From a virus (taxonomy: Duplodnaviria; Caudoviricetes): DNA of 64,000 nucleotides. Numbering within the stretch: the stretch's first letter is position 1; every line of letters begins with the position of its first letter. Location of the stretch: positions 70,924-134,923 of the IMG/VR virus record IMGVR_UViG_3300028914_000062, one strand, 5' to 3'. The notes beneath the pieces were generated by a model that saw only the letters and a program-made list of their open reading frames with translations, searched no databases and had not been told where the DNA came from. Both the position numbers and the translations under genes were made by a program. This document shows positions 38,104 through 46,813 of the stretch, in pieces.

Positions 38104-38535
38104 ATGACAGTAGCAAATAATAACCTTACTTGGGAAAAAGTTCTCCCCACCAACACCGCAGAGGCGGTAAAAAGATATGTGAGGCGCTGCCTTAACTGGC
38201 GCGCTCACGATATCGATATCTGGCCGAGCTCGAAGGGCTTCAAAGCCTATTGTGAAGCTAACGAGCTTAGCTTCGACAACACCGTCAGCGAATTTTTCGA
38301 CTATGCCGACGATAACGCGATGGGGGTAACCCCCGACAATTACGTCGCGTTTATCAAAGAGAACGCTCCCAGCGGCATCAAAATCACGTCCATCACCCGC
38401 AATGGCGAAACCTTCGCCGTTGACGACGAGTACGTTGATCCCACCACGAAACTCCTTGCCCTTCTGGGCATTGAGTTCGCCGCCATCGCTACCGCCATCG
38501 CGACTTTCGTCGCCTGGGTCGTTCCCTTTATTTAA
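38104..38535 (+). CDS. Hypothetical protein with C-terminal TM
   Basis: AGGAGG RBS before ATG 38104. Confidence 0.65.
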   Translation: MTVANNNLTWEKVLPTNTAEAVKRYVRRCLNWRAHDIDIWPSSKGFKAYCEANELSFDNTVSEFFDYADDNAMGVTPDNYVAFIKENAPSGIKITSITRNGETFAVDDEYVDPTTKLLALLGIEFAAIATAIATFVAWVVPFI

Positions 38536-38552
38536 GAGAACAACCCTTACAA

Positions 38553-38613
38553 AAACCCTCCCCACAAGGGGGAGGTTGGCTCTCCACGACCCTGAAAAGA
38601 CGATGGGTTTCAA
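38553..38613 (+). repeat. Intergenic structured repeat, copy 1 (copy 2 at 40222-40286)
   Basis: GGGGGAGGTTGGCTCTCCACGACCCTGAAAAGACGATGGGTTTCAAG identical in both copies. Confidence 0.85.
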
Positions 38614-38700
38614 GAAGAGATCGCAGAAGTCGCCGTCATCGGAGCGTGGCGCACTCACCTCGGAACCAGAGATACTGGACGAGGTTACCTTAAGGAGGTA

Positions 38701-38961
38701 TTGAAGATGACAGAAAAAACTAATTATTTTAGAAAGGTAGCCATCGAGGCTGCCAAAAAAGAGGCTGAAATAAACGGCCTCAACCTCACCGACAGCGAAC
38801 TCGAAAAACTCGCCCTCGAAGGTGTTTATCTCGCCTATGTCATGGGCGACGACATCACCAACGTTGCGGTGATTAAATCATGGGCTGCTGCAGCCGTCCG
38901 TGACGCGATTGCGGCACCGCCCTATAAAAGGGCGAAAACCATTGAAAGGAGGAGAGTATAA
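38701..38961 (+). CDS. Hypothetical protein (86 aa)
   Basis: AAGGAGG RBS. Confidence 0.65.
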   Translation: MKMTEKTNYFRKVAIEAAKKEAEINGLNLTDSELEKLALEGVYLAYVMGDDITNVAVIKSWAAAAVRDAIAAPPYKRAKTIERRRV

Positions 38962-39167
38962 CCTCCTATCTACGAAGAGTCCCTTTCGAGGGGCTCTTCT
39001 TTAATCCCCTCTATTAAGAGAGGATTAAAGAAGAGTTTATGCTCTTCAGCTTCCTCTCAGGGCAATCCCAATAGGGATTACTGGCAGGAGAAGAAGCCGT
39101 AGTCGACGACCTGGCCGTTGATCGTATAACTATAATGACCGGAGTTTTCCTGAAAGGAGGAAAAGAG

Positions 39168-39329
39168 ATGTTTGAAGAATTCTTCAAAGAGATCGTTACC
39201 GATCTCAAAGAGGATCTTAAGACTCTCAAGTCTTTCAATAAGAAAGACATACTTGAGGGTCTTGGCATCATCGCCGTCGTCGCGACGATGATCGTGAACA
39301 CGATCCTCGCAATTCTCATCTTCGGCTAA
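39168..39329 (+). CDS. Small membrane protein (53 aa)
   Basis: AAGGAGG RBS; C-terminal TM. Confidence 0.6.
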   Translation: MFEEFFKEIVTDLKEDLKTLKSFNKKDILEGLGIIAVVATMIVNTILAILIFG

Positions 39330-39518
39330 TATCGGAGATGAGACGTCTTTCTGCAAGTCTTGGACGTTAACTAAGACTTGTTCTTCTCATTTGGTGGGAT
39401 TGAGAAGATTCACAAGGCAAAGACCCACCACCAGCCCGAAAGGGCATTAGCAAAGCTTCAAGCTCGACGAGCACTCACTCGAAAGAGGAGTCAACCATGG
39501 GCTTGAGGAGGTTTTGCT

Positions 39519-39740
39519 ATGAACAACAAAATAAACAATATGAGGGCTCAGGCCCTCGCCATCGCCGACGAAGTCACCACCGACCTCAACATCGTCGTCA
39601 CCGACGACAAAAAGGAAGAAGTCACCGTCGAGGGGCTCCTCCTCGCCCACCACATGGGCGAAAACACCTCCGACAAGGAGGTTATGAGGAGGTGGATTAA
39701 AGCCTCCTTCGAGGAGGCGATAAGAGAGGGTAAAATTTAA
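39519..39740 (+). CDS. Hypothetical protein (73 aa), weakly similar to 38701-38961
   Basis: GAGGAGG RBS; EG..LA..MG.......V...W pattern shared. Confidence 0.6.
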   Translation: MNNKINNMRAQALAIADEVTTDLNIVVTDDKKEEVTVEGLLLAHHMGENTSDKEVMRRWIKASFEEAIREGKI

Positions 39741-39904
39741 CGTTCTCTCACTCGTCTAATGGGTCGCGAGTTTAAATAAGACTCATCACCAACCCGAAAG
39801 GGTAAATCTCTTCCCCTTCTTTGAACCCTTCTACGCAGAAAGGTTCAAAGAAGGGCTCAGCTCTTCAAAAATCAAAAGAAAAGAGGGAAATTAATGAACA
39901 GCAG

Positions 39905-40165
39905 TTAGTCTTTGGGTGTGCCCTTTCAAGCCCTTAAGGATCACGCACAATAAACACGAGGCACGGATCGCGGGGTTTTATTACTTTTGTAATAGTAATA
40001 AAACATATTTAACGCTCGACGATCAGCTGATAGCGGGGTCGGCAACAAAAGAGGTTCGGCTCCCTCATACCCGCAGAGTTTGTGACTCTTCACATAAACA
40101 AGAGCTTTGCCGATAAGTCGAGAAGAGCGGCTGGATGGGGTACGTTAAGCCCGATATATTCCAAG
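39905..40165 (+). ncRNA. Candidate large pseudoknotted non-coding RNA
   Basis: Multiple nested and crossing helices; no RBS-supported ORF. Confidence 0.4.
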
Positions 40166-40221
40166 AAAGGAGGGAAGAGAATTGACTTGCTGGACAAGAA
40201 AATTCTCTTCTCAAGGAGATT

Positions 40222-40286
40222 AAAACCCTCCCCCCCCTCGGGGGAGGTTGGCTCTCCACGACCCTGAAAAGACGATGGGTTTCAAG
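40222..40286 (+). repeat. Intergenic structured repeat, copy 2
   Basis: Same core as 38553-38613. Confidence 0.85.
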
Positions 40287-40327
40287 GAGGGATCGAATAA
40301 AAATTTATTAAAAAGGAGGAATATCCA

Positions 40328-40969
40328 ATGTCTAAAAGTAATTTTTATGGTAATAGACAAATTGCAAGATTGCTATTATTGGCTCATGAAGCAAATTTAA
40401 TAGCAAAAGATAAATTCCCAATTGTCGAAATGCCTGAAATAACTCAAGATATATATGCGGATTTTTACGCATTAAAATTGCGTTATTTTATGCAAGCCAT
40501 AAAACTAATTCAAAATATGAAAAATAGTGATTTCACATTTTGGGTTGAAGCCGCCCCGGACCAAAATGGTTATCCTTCTATTATCACATATTTTGAATTA
40601 AAACGGGGAATAGTCAATACCTATTTTCAACTCAAAGGTAGCATACTAAATCCCCGATATGAGAAAATTAGTGTGGACCATAAAATACAAGTCAGTTTCC
40701 ACACTCCGTTAAATCTGGCCCCCAAAGAACTAATTAAATTAGTTCAAAAAGGTAAACCCACAATATGGACCAAAATCGCGGGAGATCGCGATAGTATCGA
40801 ATATTTAGCAAAACACTATAATATCATGCCTAAAAATATTATTGAAGAAATGCATGAACCATGCACGACCTCATTAAAAACAGAACAAATGATTGATTTG
40901 CATCTGAAAGAAGTTGAGGCTTTAGAAGAGGAAGAAGAGCAACTCTTCTTATTAGAAGAAAATTCATAA
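40328..40969 (+). CDS. Hypothetical protein (213 aa)
   Basis: AAGGAGG RBS; AT-rich. Confidence 0.7.
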   Translation: MSKSNFYGNRQIARLLLLAHEANLIAKDKFPIVEMPEITQDIYADFYALKLRYFMQAIKLIQNMKNSDFTFWVEAAPDQNGYPSIITYFELKRGIVNTYFQLKGSILNPRYEKISVDHKIQVSFHTPLNLAPKELIKLVQKGKPTIWTKIAGDRDSIEYLAKHYNIMPKNIIEEMHEPCTTSLKTEQMIDLHLKEVEALEEEEEQLFLLEENS

Positions 40970-41177
40970 GACCCCCCTTAGGGGTCTTTCTCGGAGCCTT
41001 CGTCGAAGACTTCGAGAAAGGTCTCTAAGACCTCCGTCGTGAAAAGGTCCTACTCAGCGACGTAAAATAATACGAGCGGCGGTACGCATAATCCGACAAT
41101 GTCCTGTGATCTACGAAGGTTAACTAGATCCTCGTTACTAGCTCGGCGAGGTTAAATAAGACGAGTATCTTAAGGAG

Positions 41178-41468
41178 GTGTCTCTCATGCAGAGAGACAT
41201 CAAAAACTTAATATCGTTCGAGGGCCAGATTATTCTGACCCTCAAAGAGGGCGATACCCTGGGCGCTCTCACCATTATTGGCCGGAGGGCCAAAGAAATA
41301 CAGGGGGCTATGAACACCCCCTACGGCATTGAAAATGTCGAAATTTACGAAAGGAGGCTCAAAGAGCTCCGCGAGCTCGCGGAGGGCATTGTAGCCCTCG
41401 CGGCCGATCCCTTCTCGCTCGTTGAGAAGCAGATCGACATTGAAGAAAAACTTAAGCATCTTAAGTAA
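41178..41468 (+). CDS. Hypothetical protein
   Basis: AAGGAGG RBS. Confidence 0.6.
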   Translation: MSLMQRDIKNLISFEGQIILTLKEGDTLGALTIIGRRAKEIQGAMNTPYGIENVEIYERRLKELRELAEGIVALAADPFSLVEKQIDIEEKLKHLK

Positions 41469-41588
41469 TTCTTCAAGAAGGCAGAAGAGGACTCTACATC
41501 CTCTTCCCCTTCTCTGAGTCTTCTTATTAAGAGGATTCAGAGAAGGGTCGGTACATCCCTTCAAATAAAAAATATCCAAAAGGAGGAT

Positions 41589-42005
41589 ATGAAAATGTTT
41601 AAACTGTACTACACCCCGGAGGAATTCCGGACTATCAAAAGGCTTCTCGCGGAAGCCGAAGGTTATGAGGCAGCCATCGCAGCTGACGACCTCGCCTCAA
41701 TCCGCGAGGAGCTGAAAGAGGGGCTTTCTGAAATAGAAAGTCGCCTCACTGCCATGAAGGACGCCGCCGTCGAAAAGCGTATTACCGATGCGGTCAACGT
41801 CCTTTGCGGGGTTTGCAAGTTTCGCGATGAAAATCATCAGATTTCCTTCGCGGACCCGCAGGAGCAGTTAGCTCACGACTGTGAGCGCTGCTTCGCGACC
41901 CGCTGCCAGGTCGTAAAAGAAATGGCAAAACAGTTCGGCGTTACCGTCGAACGCAAATTTGACGGACACGACTTCGTACTCGTCATCAAAAAGGGGGCAA
42001 AATAA
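41589..42005 (+). CDS. Hypothetical protein with Cys cluster (138 aa)
   Basis: RBS; CxxC..CxxC...C. Confidence 0.65.
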   Translation: MKMFKLYYTPEEFRTIKRLLAEAEGYEAAIAADDLASIREELKEGLSEIESRLTAMKDAAVEKRITDAVNVLCGVCKFRDENHQISFADPQEQLAHDCERCFATRCQVVKEMAKQFGVTVERKFDGHDFVLVIKKGAK

Positions 42006-42231
42006 TGGCTGACGAAAAATCCTTCGAGGACGACGTCCTCATCGGCATCCTCACTCTCGAGGATATCGATGAGATCAACAACGAGCCCTACGGGGCTCAC
42101 TAATCCCTCAGCGGAGCAGGACTCTACATCCTGCTCCGCCTCTGCTTTGAATCCTATTGTAAATAGGGTTCAAAGGAGAGTTCACTCTCCTATTATTATT
42201 AGCGGGTAAACCCCGCAGAAAGGAGAACCTT

Positions 42232-42468
42232 ATGAAAAAGGTTCTTTGGAGGATCATAAAGATCCTCACCGTCCTTGCCGGAGTAGCCGGCTTTGTCGTG
42301 GCATACGTTTATGCCTCAACAGAAGACTATCTCGCGTACATTAATTCACGTGGGATAATCGACCCCGACGTCATCACCAACACGACGCCGCTGCTGGTGA
42401 CAACGTTCATTTTGCTGGGCGTCTCCCTTTTGGGTATCTTTGTTATAGAAAGGAGGAATTCGAAATGA
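42232..42468 (+). CDS. Two-TM membrane protein (78 aa)
   Basis: Two hydrophobic helices; RBS. Confidence 0.65.
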   Translation: MKKVLWRIIKILTVLAGVAGFVVAYVYASTEDYLAYINSRGIIDPDVITNTTPLLVTTFILLGVSLLGIFVIERRNSK

Positions 42469-42665
42469 CAATGGCACAGCTCATTGCTGCGTGCAATGCC
42501 GCACAACCTGGATCGGCTCACGAGCCGACCAATCACACTGCGGCTCTCAAAGCCGTCGACAAAGCCACCGCAACCGCCAAAGTCGCCTACACCCCCAAAG
42601 CACATAAAGGCGACAATCGTCGCGATTATAAGGCCGCGCGCCGCGAGAAACATACCACCTGGTAA
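42465..42665 (+). CDS. Hypothetical protein (66 aa)
   Basis: AGGAGG RBS; ATGA overlap. Confidence 0.55.
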   Translation: MTMAQLIAACNAAQPGSAHEPTNHTAALKAVDKATATAKVAYTPKAHKGDNRRDYKAARREKHTTW

Positions 42666-42744
42666 ACCTCTCACCTCGTTCCTGGCGGGCTCGAGGTAAA
42701 TAAAGCCCGCTAAATATTTAAACATTAAAATGGAGGAAATAATA

Positions 42745-42996
42745 ATGGCAAAATTCAAAGGAAATGGTTCCACTGCAATGGAGCAGTATAACTTTATGAA
42801 TGGTTTCGACCCCAAAAAGGACGCTCCCACACAGAAAACCCGTAAAACAGGAAAGATCGTCAGCAAACTTAACGGAAGGGCATTACCCAAAAAGCCATGC
42901 TTGGTCACCAAAAACGGCATGGAAATCACTATGGATATAGACGCCTATCAGGCACAAGAATTTAAAGCCAACGGCTACAAAGTCATCGAGCTTTAA
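42745..42996 (+). CDS. Hypothetical protein
   Basis: GGAGG RBS before MAKFKG. Confidence 0.6.
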   Translation: MAKFKGNGSTAMEQYNFMNGFDPKKDAPTQKTRKTGKIVSKLNGRALPKKPCLVTKNGMEITMDIDAYQAQEFKANGYKVIEL

Positions 42997-43021
42997 AAAT
43001 AAAAAACGGAGGAATAAAAAG

Positions 43022-43678
43022 ATGCAAGCAGAAAGAAAATTAACCACCACCAACAACAACAATACGGAGGAAAAGAAAATGAAAAAAGAAATGAAGAGAG
43101 AAATTTTATCGAACAAGCAATTTGACAAAATCCAAAAAGACATCGAAGACCTAGCCAAAGCGAGGTCCATCATTACTAAAAAAATTAACGAATTAAACCG
43201 CAAAACCAAAGCCTCTTATCAAAAGAGACAAGAAAAAACAACTAAAACTCCGAAAAGCATTCCGGGTTTTCCCAACTTTGATTTACCGATTTACAAATAC
43301 TATGATAAATACGGTAATCTAATAAAAACAGAATTAAAACCTGAATGCAATTGGGAGTATCTGGAAAAATGGACTGAAAGAATTCAGTCTAAAATAAACG
43401 AACTAGATTATACCTACTGCGAATTCCATCATTTAATAGACAATCCCAGAAAAAATCTTCTTGGGCTAGTTTTGATGCCCACACGCATTTATGATCACAT
43501 GTTTTTGTTTAAAAAAGACGATCGTTTGTTTGCAGTCGTTTATCCGGGAAGGTGGAACAAAATAGTTGATCTGGGGCAGAAATACGATCCCAATAAATCT
43601 AATTTAGAGATTTGCCTGGAATATACCAAATTCGTATACGACCATATTATGGCCGAATACAATAAAATAAAGTTCTAA
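43022..43678 (+). CDS. Hypothetical protein (218 aa)
   Basis: RBS; second in-frame RBS/ATG at 43079. Confidence 0.65.
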   Translation: MQAERKLTTTNNNNTEEKKMKKEMKREILSNKQFDKIQKDIEDLAKARSIITKKINELNRKTKASYQKRQEKTTKTPKSIPGFPNFDLPIYKYYDKYGNLIKTELKPECNWEYLEKWTERIQSKINELDYTYCEFHHLIDNPRKNLLGLVLMPTRIYDHMFLFKKDDRLFAVVYPGRWNKIVDLGQKYDPNKSNLEICLEYTKFVYDHIMAEYNKIKF

Positions 43679-43756
43679 TTTAAAACCATCACAGAAAGGA
43701 GGTGATGCCCATGCTTGTGGTTAATTAGGCAAATACCAATAAAATAAAAGTTTCAT

Positions 43757-43812
43757 TGTTCCATAACTTGGGGATCAAAATGATCTTAAAATTTCACCAC
43801 CCAAGTGGAACA
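43757..43812 (+). promoter_or_regulatory. Structured 5'-UTR element, copy 1
   Basis: Three-helix structure covarying with 46743-46797; abuts RBS. Confidence 0.6.
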
Positions 43813-43827
43813 GAAGGAGAAATCATC

Positions 43828-44847
43828 ATGAGCAATTTTTACTTTTTTGAAAACTTCGGCAGAGAAATTATTAACGGCAAAAACATCGAGGAGGCCCTTA
43901 TCGAAGGACTCCTCAACTATAAGGTGGTCAAAGAGGCCACCTTTACGGCGCCGTATCTTTACGACGACAACGGAGAACACATCATCGACCAAAATGGTCA
44001 GTGGGCCATCGATATGAGCCAGGCAATCTTGATGCCGAATTTAGCCACTACGGTGAAGATTGCCAACGGCCAGAGATTCCCCATCGACGTCGTTAAGCAG
44101 AGCTACGGTATTGTCCAGAATGCCGAGGCCCTCAGTGTCATCGATACTCTTCTCGCAAAAACCGGAGGAAAGATAATCAGAGTCGGTGAATACGGAACCA
44201 AGAAAAACGCCGTAAAAGGCAGCTTGTTCGTCGTTATTGAACTACCGCCCGTCACGATTTTGGGTGAAGAGTACAAGTTATATCTCCTCTTTACCAACTC
44301 CTTCGACGGTTCTTCGGCGGTTCGTGTGTGCTTTACGCCCACTCGAGTGGCCTGTAAGAATACTCTGCCGCTTGCATTCAAGAATGCAATTGCAAGTCTG
44401 ATTGTCAGACATACGATTACGGCACCCGAGAGATTCGCAGAAGGCGATAGAATCTTAAAAGAACATAGTGTTCAGATCAAGCTTCTTACTGAAGATTGCG
44501 AATACTTGGCAAAAATTGCAGTAAGCAAAGCGCAGTATCAGAACAAAATCATTCCCGCTGTTCTGAAAGCTGACAATGTTTTGCCTGACTCAGACGAAAA
44601 GAAACGCAATAAAGACCGCTACGAGCGTCTTTTCGGTGAGCTTGTGAAGACGTATGAGGCCGCTGATTTAGGTAACTTGAATAGTACGGCTTTTAAAGCG
44701 TTACAGGCGGTTGCTGATTACGAAACGCATCACGAGCCCGACAAAAACAAAAACAACTATCAGCAGTACTTCACTAGAGCAGTAGCTGGTATGCCTCTAA
44801 CTACCGTAGCTCACAATGTGATTGTTGATCAGTTTGTTACTAAATAA
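43828..44847 (+). CDS. DUF932 (TIGR03299-like) phage/plasmid protein
   Basis: Y.IVQN.EA, YLLFTNSFDGS, TP.RV.C.N.L and RHT motifs. Confidence 0.8.
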   Translation: MSNFYFFENFGREIINGKNIEEALIEGLLNYKVVKEATFTAPYLYDDNGEHIIDQNGQWAIDMSQAILMPNLATTVKIANGQRFPIDVVKQSYGIVQNAEALSVIDTLLAKTGGKIIRVGEYGTKKNAVKGSLFVVIELPPVTILGEEYKLYLLFTNSFDGSSAVRVCFTPTRVACKNTLPLAFKNAIASLIVRHTITAPERFAEGDRILKEHSVQIKLLTEDCEYLAKIAVSKAQYQNKIIPAVLKADNVLPDSDEKKRNKDRYERLFGELVKTYEAADLGNLNSTAFKALQAVADYETHHEPDKNKNNYQQYFTRAVAGMPLTTVAHNVIVDQFVTK

Positions 44848-44862
44848 GAGAGGAGGATAAGA

Positions 44863-44920
44863 ACCGTCGAGGGGCGAGACGTAAAACCCGACCACAAAAA
44901 TATTTAAATTAAAAGGAGAA
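44863..44920 (+). repeat. 58-bp intergenic repeat with mini-pseudoknot and RBS (copy at 51733-51790)
   Basis: One mismatch between the copies. Confidence 0.85.
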
Positions 44921-44927
44921 AAAAACA

Positions 44928-45323
44928 ATGAACGAAAACAAAACCAACAATACCAAAAACGAAAAGGAGAACAATATTATGAACGAAAACAAAACCAACA
45001 GCACCAACGTATGGTCTTATGCCCCCAACATGAGCAAGCTGTTTGATAAAATGAGCGAAGAATGTGAAATATATGAGCAGCACCTTGGTTTCGACAAGGG
45101 AGAAATTCTACAGCACGCTCACGAATACGCGCTGAGAGAAGATATCTTCTTTTCTTTATACGACTACCCGCTTACCGAGGATGAAGCGGCAGTATTACTG
45201 AAGTCCGAAACGCCTTTACTGGACTTGGTACACGCGTATGAAGAGGCCGAGACCGATCATATGACTGTTGTTCGATCTATGATTAAGAATTACGTAAACA
45301 TTAAATGCGGAGGTAATGAATAA
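44928..45323 (+). CDS. Hypothetical protein (131 aa)
   Basis: RBS; ILQHAHEYALREDI motif; duplicated N-terminus. Confidence 0.65.
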   Translation: MNENKTNNTKNEKENNIMNENKTNSTNVWSYAPNMSKLFDKMSEECEIYEQHLGFDKGEILQHAHEYALREDIFFSLYDYPLTEDEAAVLLKSETPLLDLVHAYEEAETDHMTVVRSMIKNYVNIKCGGNE

Positions 45324-45538
45324 TGCCTAATAAATACGTAATTATGGGCATCAATACTACCACACATCAGAGATCTTACTACAACGTCCTCGACTCCAAG
45401 TGGGTCGAGGACGAATCAAAAGCAACGATCTTCGATGACCACAACGAAGGACTCAAATGGTGGATGATTGCAAGCAAACCACCCATTTCTCGTGGACTAC
45501 GAGTAGTCCTTCCCAACGCGAAAGGAGGTGAAAATTAA
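45323..45538 (+). CDS. Hypothetical protein (71 aa)
   Basis: TAATG coupling. Confidence 0.6.
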   Translation: MPNKYVIMGINTTTHQRSYYNVLDSKWVEDESKATIFDDHNEGLKWWMIASKPPISRGLRVVLPNAKGGEN

Positions 45539-45681
45539 TGACCGATCTTGAATTCAAAGCAATCATGGATCGAGAAACCAAAGCCGCCATTGCGCAAGCA
45601 AAGGCAATGCAAGCAATTTTTGATTCATTCTTCAAAGCAGAGCCCTTAGTAAAACCTGATAATAAAAAGGAGGAAAAGTAA
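45538..45681 (+). CDS. Hypothetical protein (47 aa)
   Basis: AAGGAGGTG RBS; TAATG coupling. Confidence 0.55.
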   Translation: MTDLEFKAIMDRETKAAIAQAKAMQAIFDSFFKAEPLVKPDNKKEEK

Positions 45682-45861
45682 ATGTTTTTTGTTCTTATGG
45701 GAATTTTAACTATCAGCGACGTGGCCGTGTTCCTTATCATGAACCACGCTTCGAAACAGGAAGAGACAGGTCCGCAGATTGCGGGCCTTGTCTCTTCTTT
45801 AGGAATTACAGTATGTGACTTAGTCCTTTTGGGCCAAGCGATCGAAATGAATCTTATATAA
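45682..45861 (+). CDS. Small membrane protein (59 aa)
   Basis: AAGGAGG RBS; two hydrophobic segments. Confidence 0.55.
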   Translation: MFFVLMGILTISDVAVFLIMNHASKQEETGPQIAGLVSSLGITVCDLVLLGQAIEMNLI

Positions 45862-45879
45862 TTTAAGGAGGAAAACAAT

Positions 45880-46278
45880 ATGAAAACTTACAAAACTCGC
45901 ATCGTCACAACCAATCAACCTCATCATTTTCGCCCCTGCATTGAAGGAGTAGAAAGACTGGCAAATCTTTATAAGGAAGATTTCCCCAAACTTCATTGGG
46001 GACAATGGAACCTTATTCTCGAACGAACCAAGAAAAATTCCAAGTCAATTCATATGGGTAATCCTCAAGTTGTAAATCTTATCTTTGAGGATGTCCTCGA
46101 CGGATTTCTTTCTATCGAACTTTCTGATCTTTCTATTCATCAGAAAGAAATCTTATGGATGGGCTTAGGCAAATCTTTCGAGAAACACAGAGAACGAGAT
46201 CCTCTCGGGTCTCTGGGCGAAGACGAAGGGTTTTTCACGACTCTTCGAGATACTTTCTATCTCAAATTAAAAATATAA
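45880..46278 (+). CDS. Hypothetical protein (132 aa)
   Basis: AAGGAGG RBS. Confidence 0.65.
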   Translation: MKTYKTRIVTTNQPHHFRPCIEGVERLANLYKEDFPKLHWGQWNLILERTKKNSKSIHMGNPQVVNLIFEDVLDGFLSIELSDLSIHQKEILWMGLGKSFEKHRERDPLGSLGEDEGFFTTLRDTFYLKLKI

Positions 46279-46286
46279 GGAGGAAA

Positions 46287-46498
46287 ATGAACTGAACAAT
46301 TTATTAACACTTCGTTACAACCTGGATGAAGTCATATTAAAAGACCTTCACCCCATTGACCAGCACACGCCGGTCGAACTCTTCGCCGAGTTCGCAGAAA
46401 AAGCAATCAAAGAAGAATATGAAGTTGAACCCGTCTCCTTCGGCGTCGAAGTAGATTTCGAGGATGGACACCTCGACGTCTATGATATTAAAATATAA
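46287..46498 (+). pseudogene. Small acidic ORF with a frameshifted start (or a CTG start at 46292)
   Basis: RBS-ATG AAC TGA, then an open 68-codon frame from CTG 46292 to TAA 46498. Confidence 0.4.
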
Positions 46499-46510
46499 GG
46501 AGGTGATAAA

Positions 46511-46726
46511 ATGAATTTTCAACAGGCACACCTTAAGTATAGTAGGCTTAATGCGAAATCTATTAAAGCTTACAAAGGATTTAGAATCGCTTATGAAAAA
46601 GTCTTATGCAATCCAAATTGGCTTAATCAGAGCGTTTTAAATCTCAAGCGTAGGAATCATAGCAAAGCTCTCTCAAAAGAGATCCAGGCTTTCAAAGCGT
46701 GGATGGCAACAGCCACAATAAAATAA
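46511..46726 (+). CDS. Hypothetical protein (71 aa)
   Basis: AAGGAGGTG RBS. Confidence 0.6.
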   Translation: MNFQQAHLKYSRLNAKSIKAYKGFRIAYEKVLCNPNWLNQSVLNLKRRNHSKALSKEIQAFKAWMATATIK

Positions 46727-46742
46727 TTCTTTTATTGTGCCC

Positions 46743-46797
46743 GTTCTCATAATTTGGGAGTCAAAATGACTTTAAAATTTTACAACCCAAAGAGAAC
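46743..46797 (+). promoter_or_regulatory. Structured 5'-UTR element, copy 2
   Basis: Compensatory changes versus 43757-43812. Confidence 0.6.
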
Positions 46798-46813
46798 AGA
46801 AAGGAACATTACC

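Noticed and set aside
39750-39786. Pistol ribozyme
   Set aside because: The 5' stem and AAA linker resemble pistol P1, but the P2/P3 junction and cleavage-site strand are absent
40045-40070. tRNA, possible amber suppressor, from a GGTTCG T-loop-like sequence
   Set aside because: No cloverleaf, acceptor stem or CUA anticodon loop could be built
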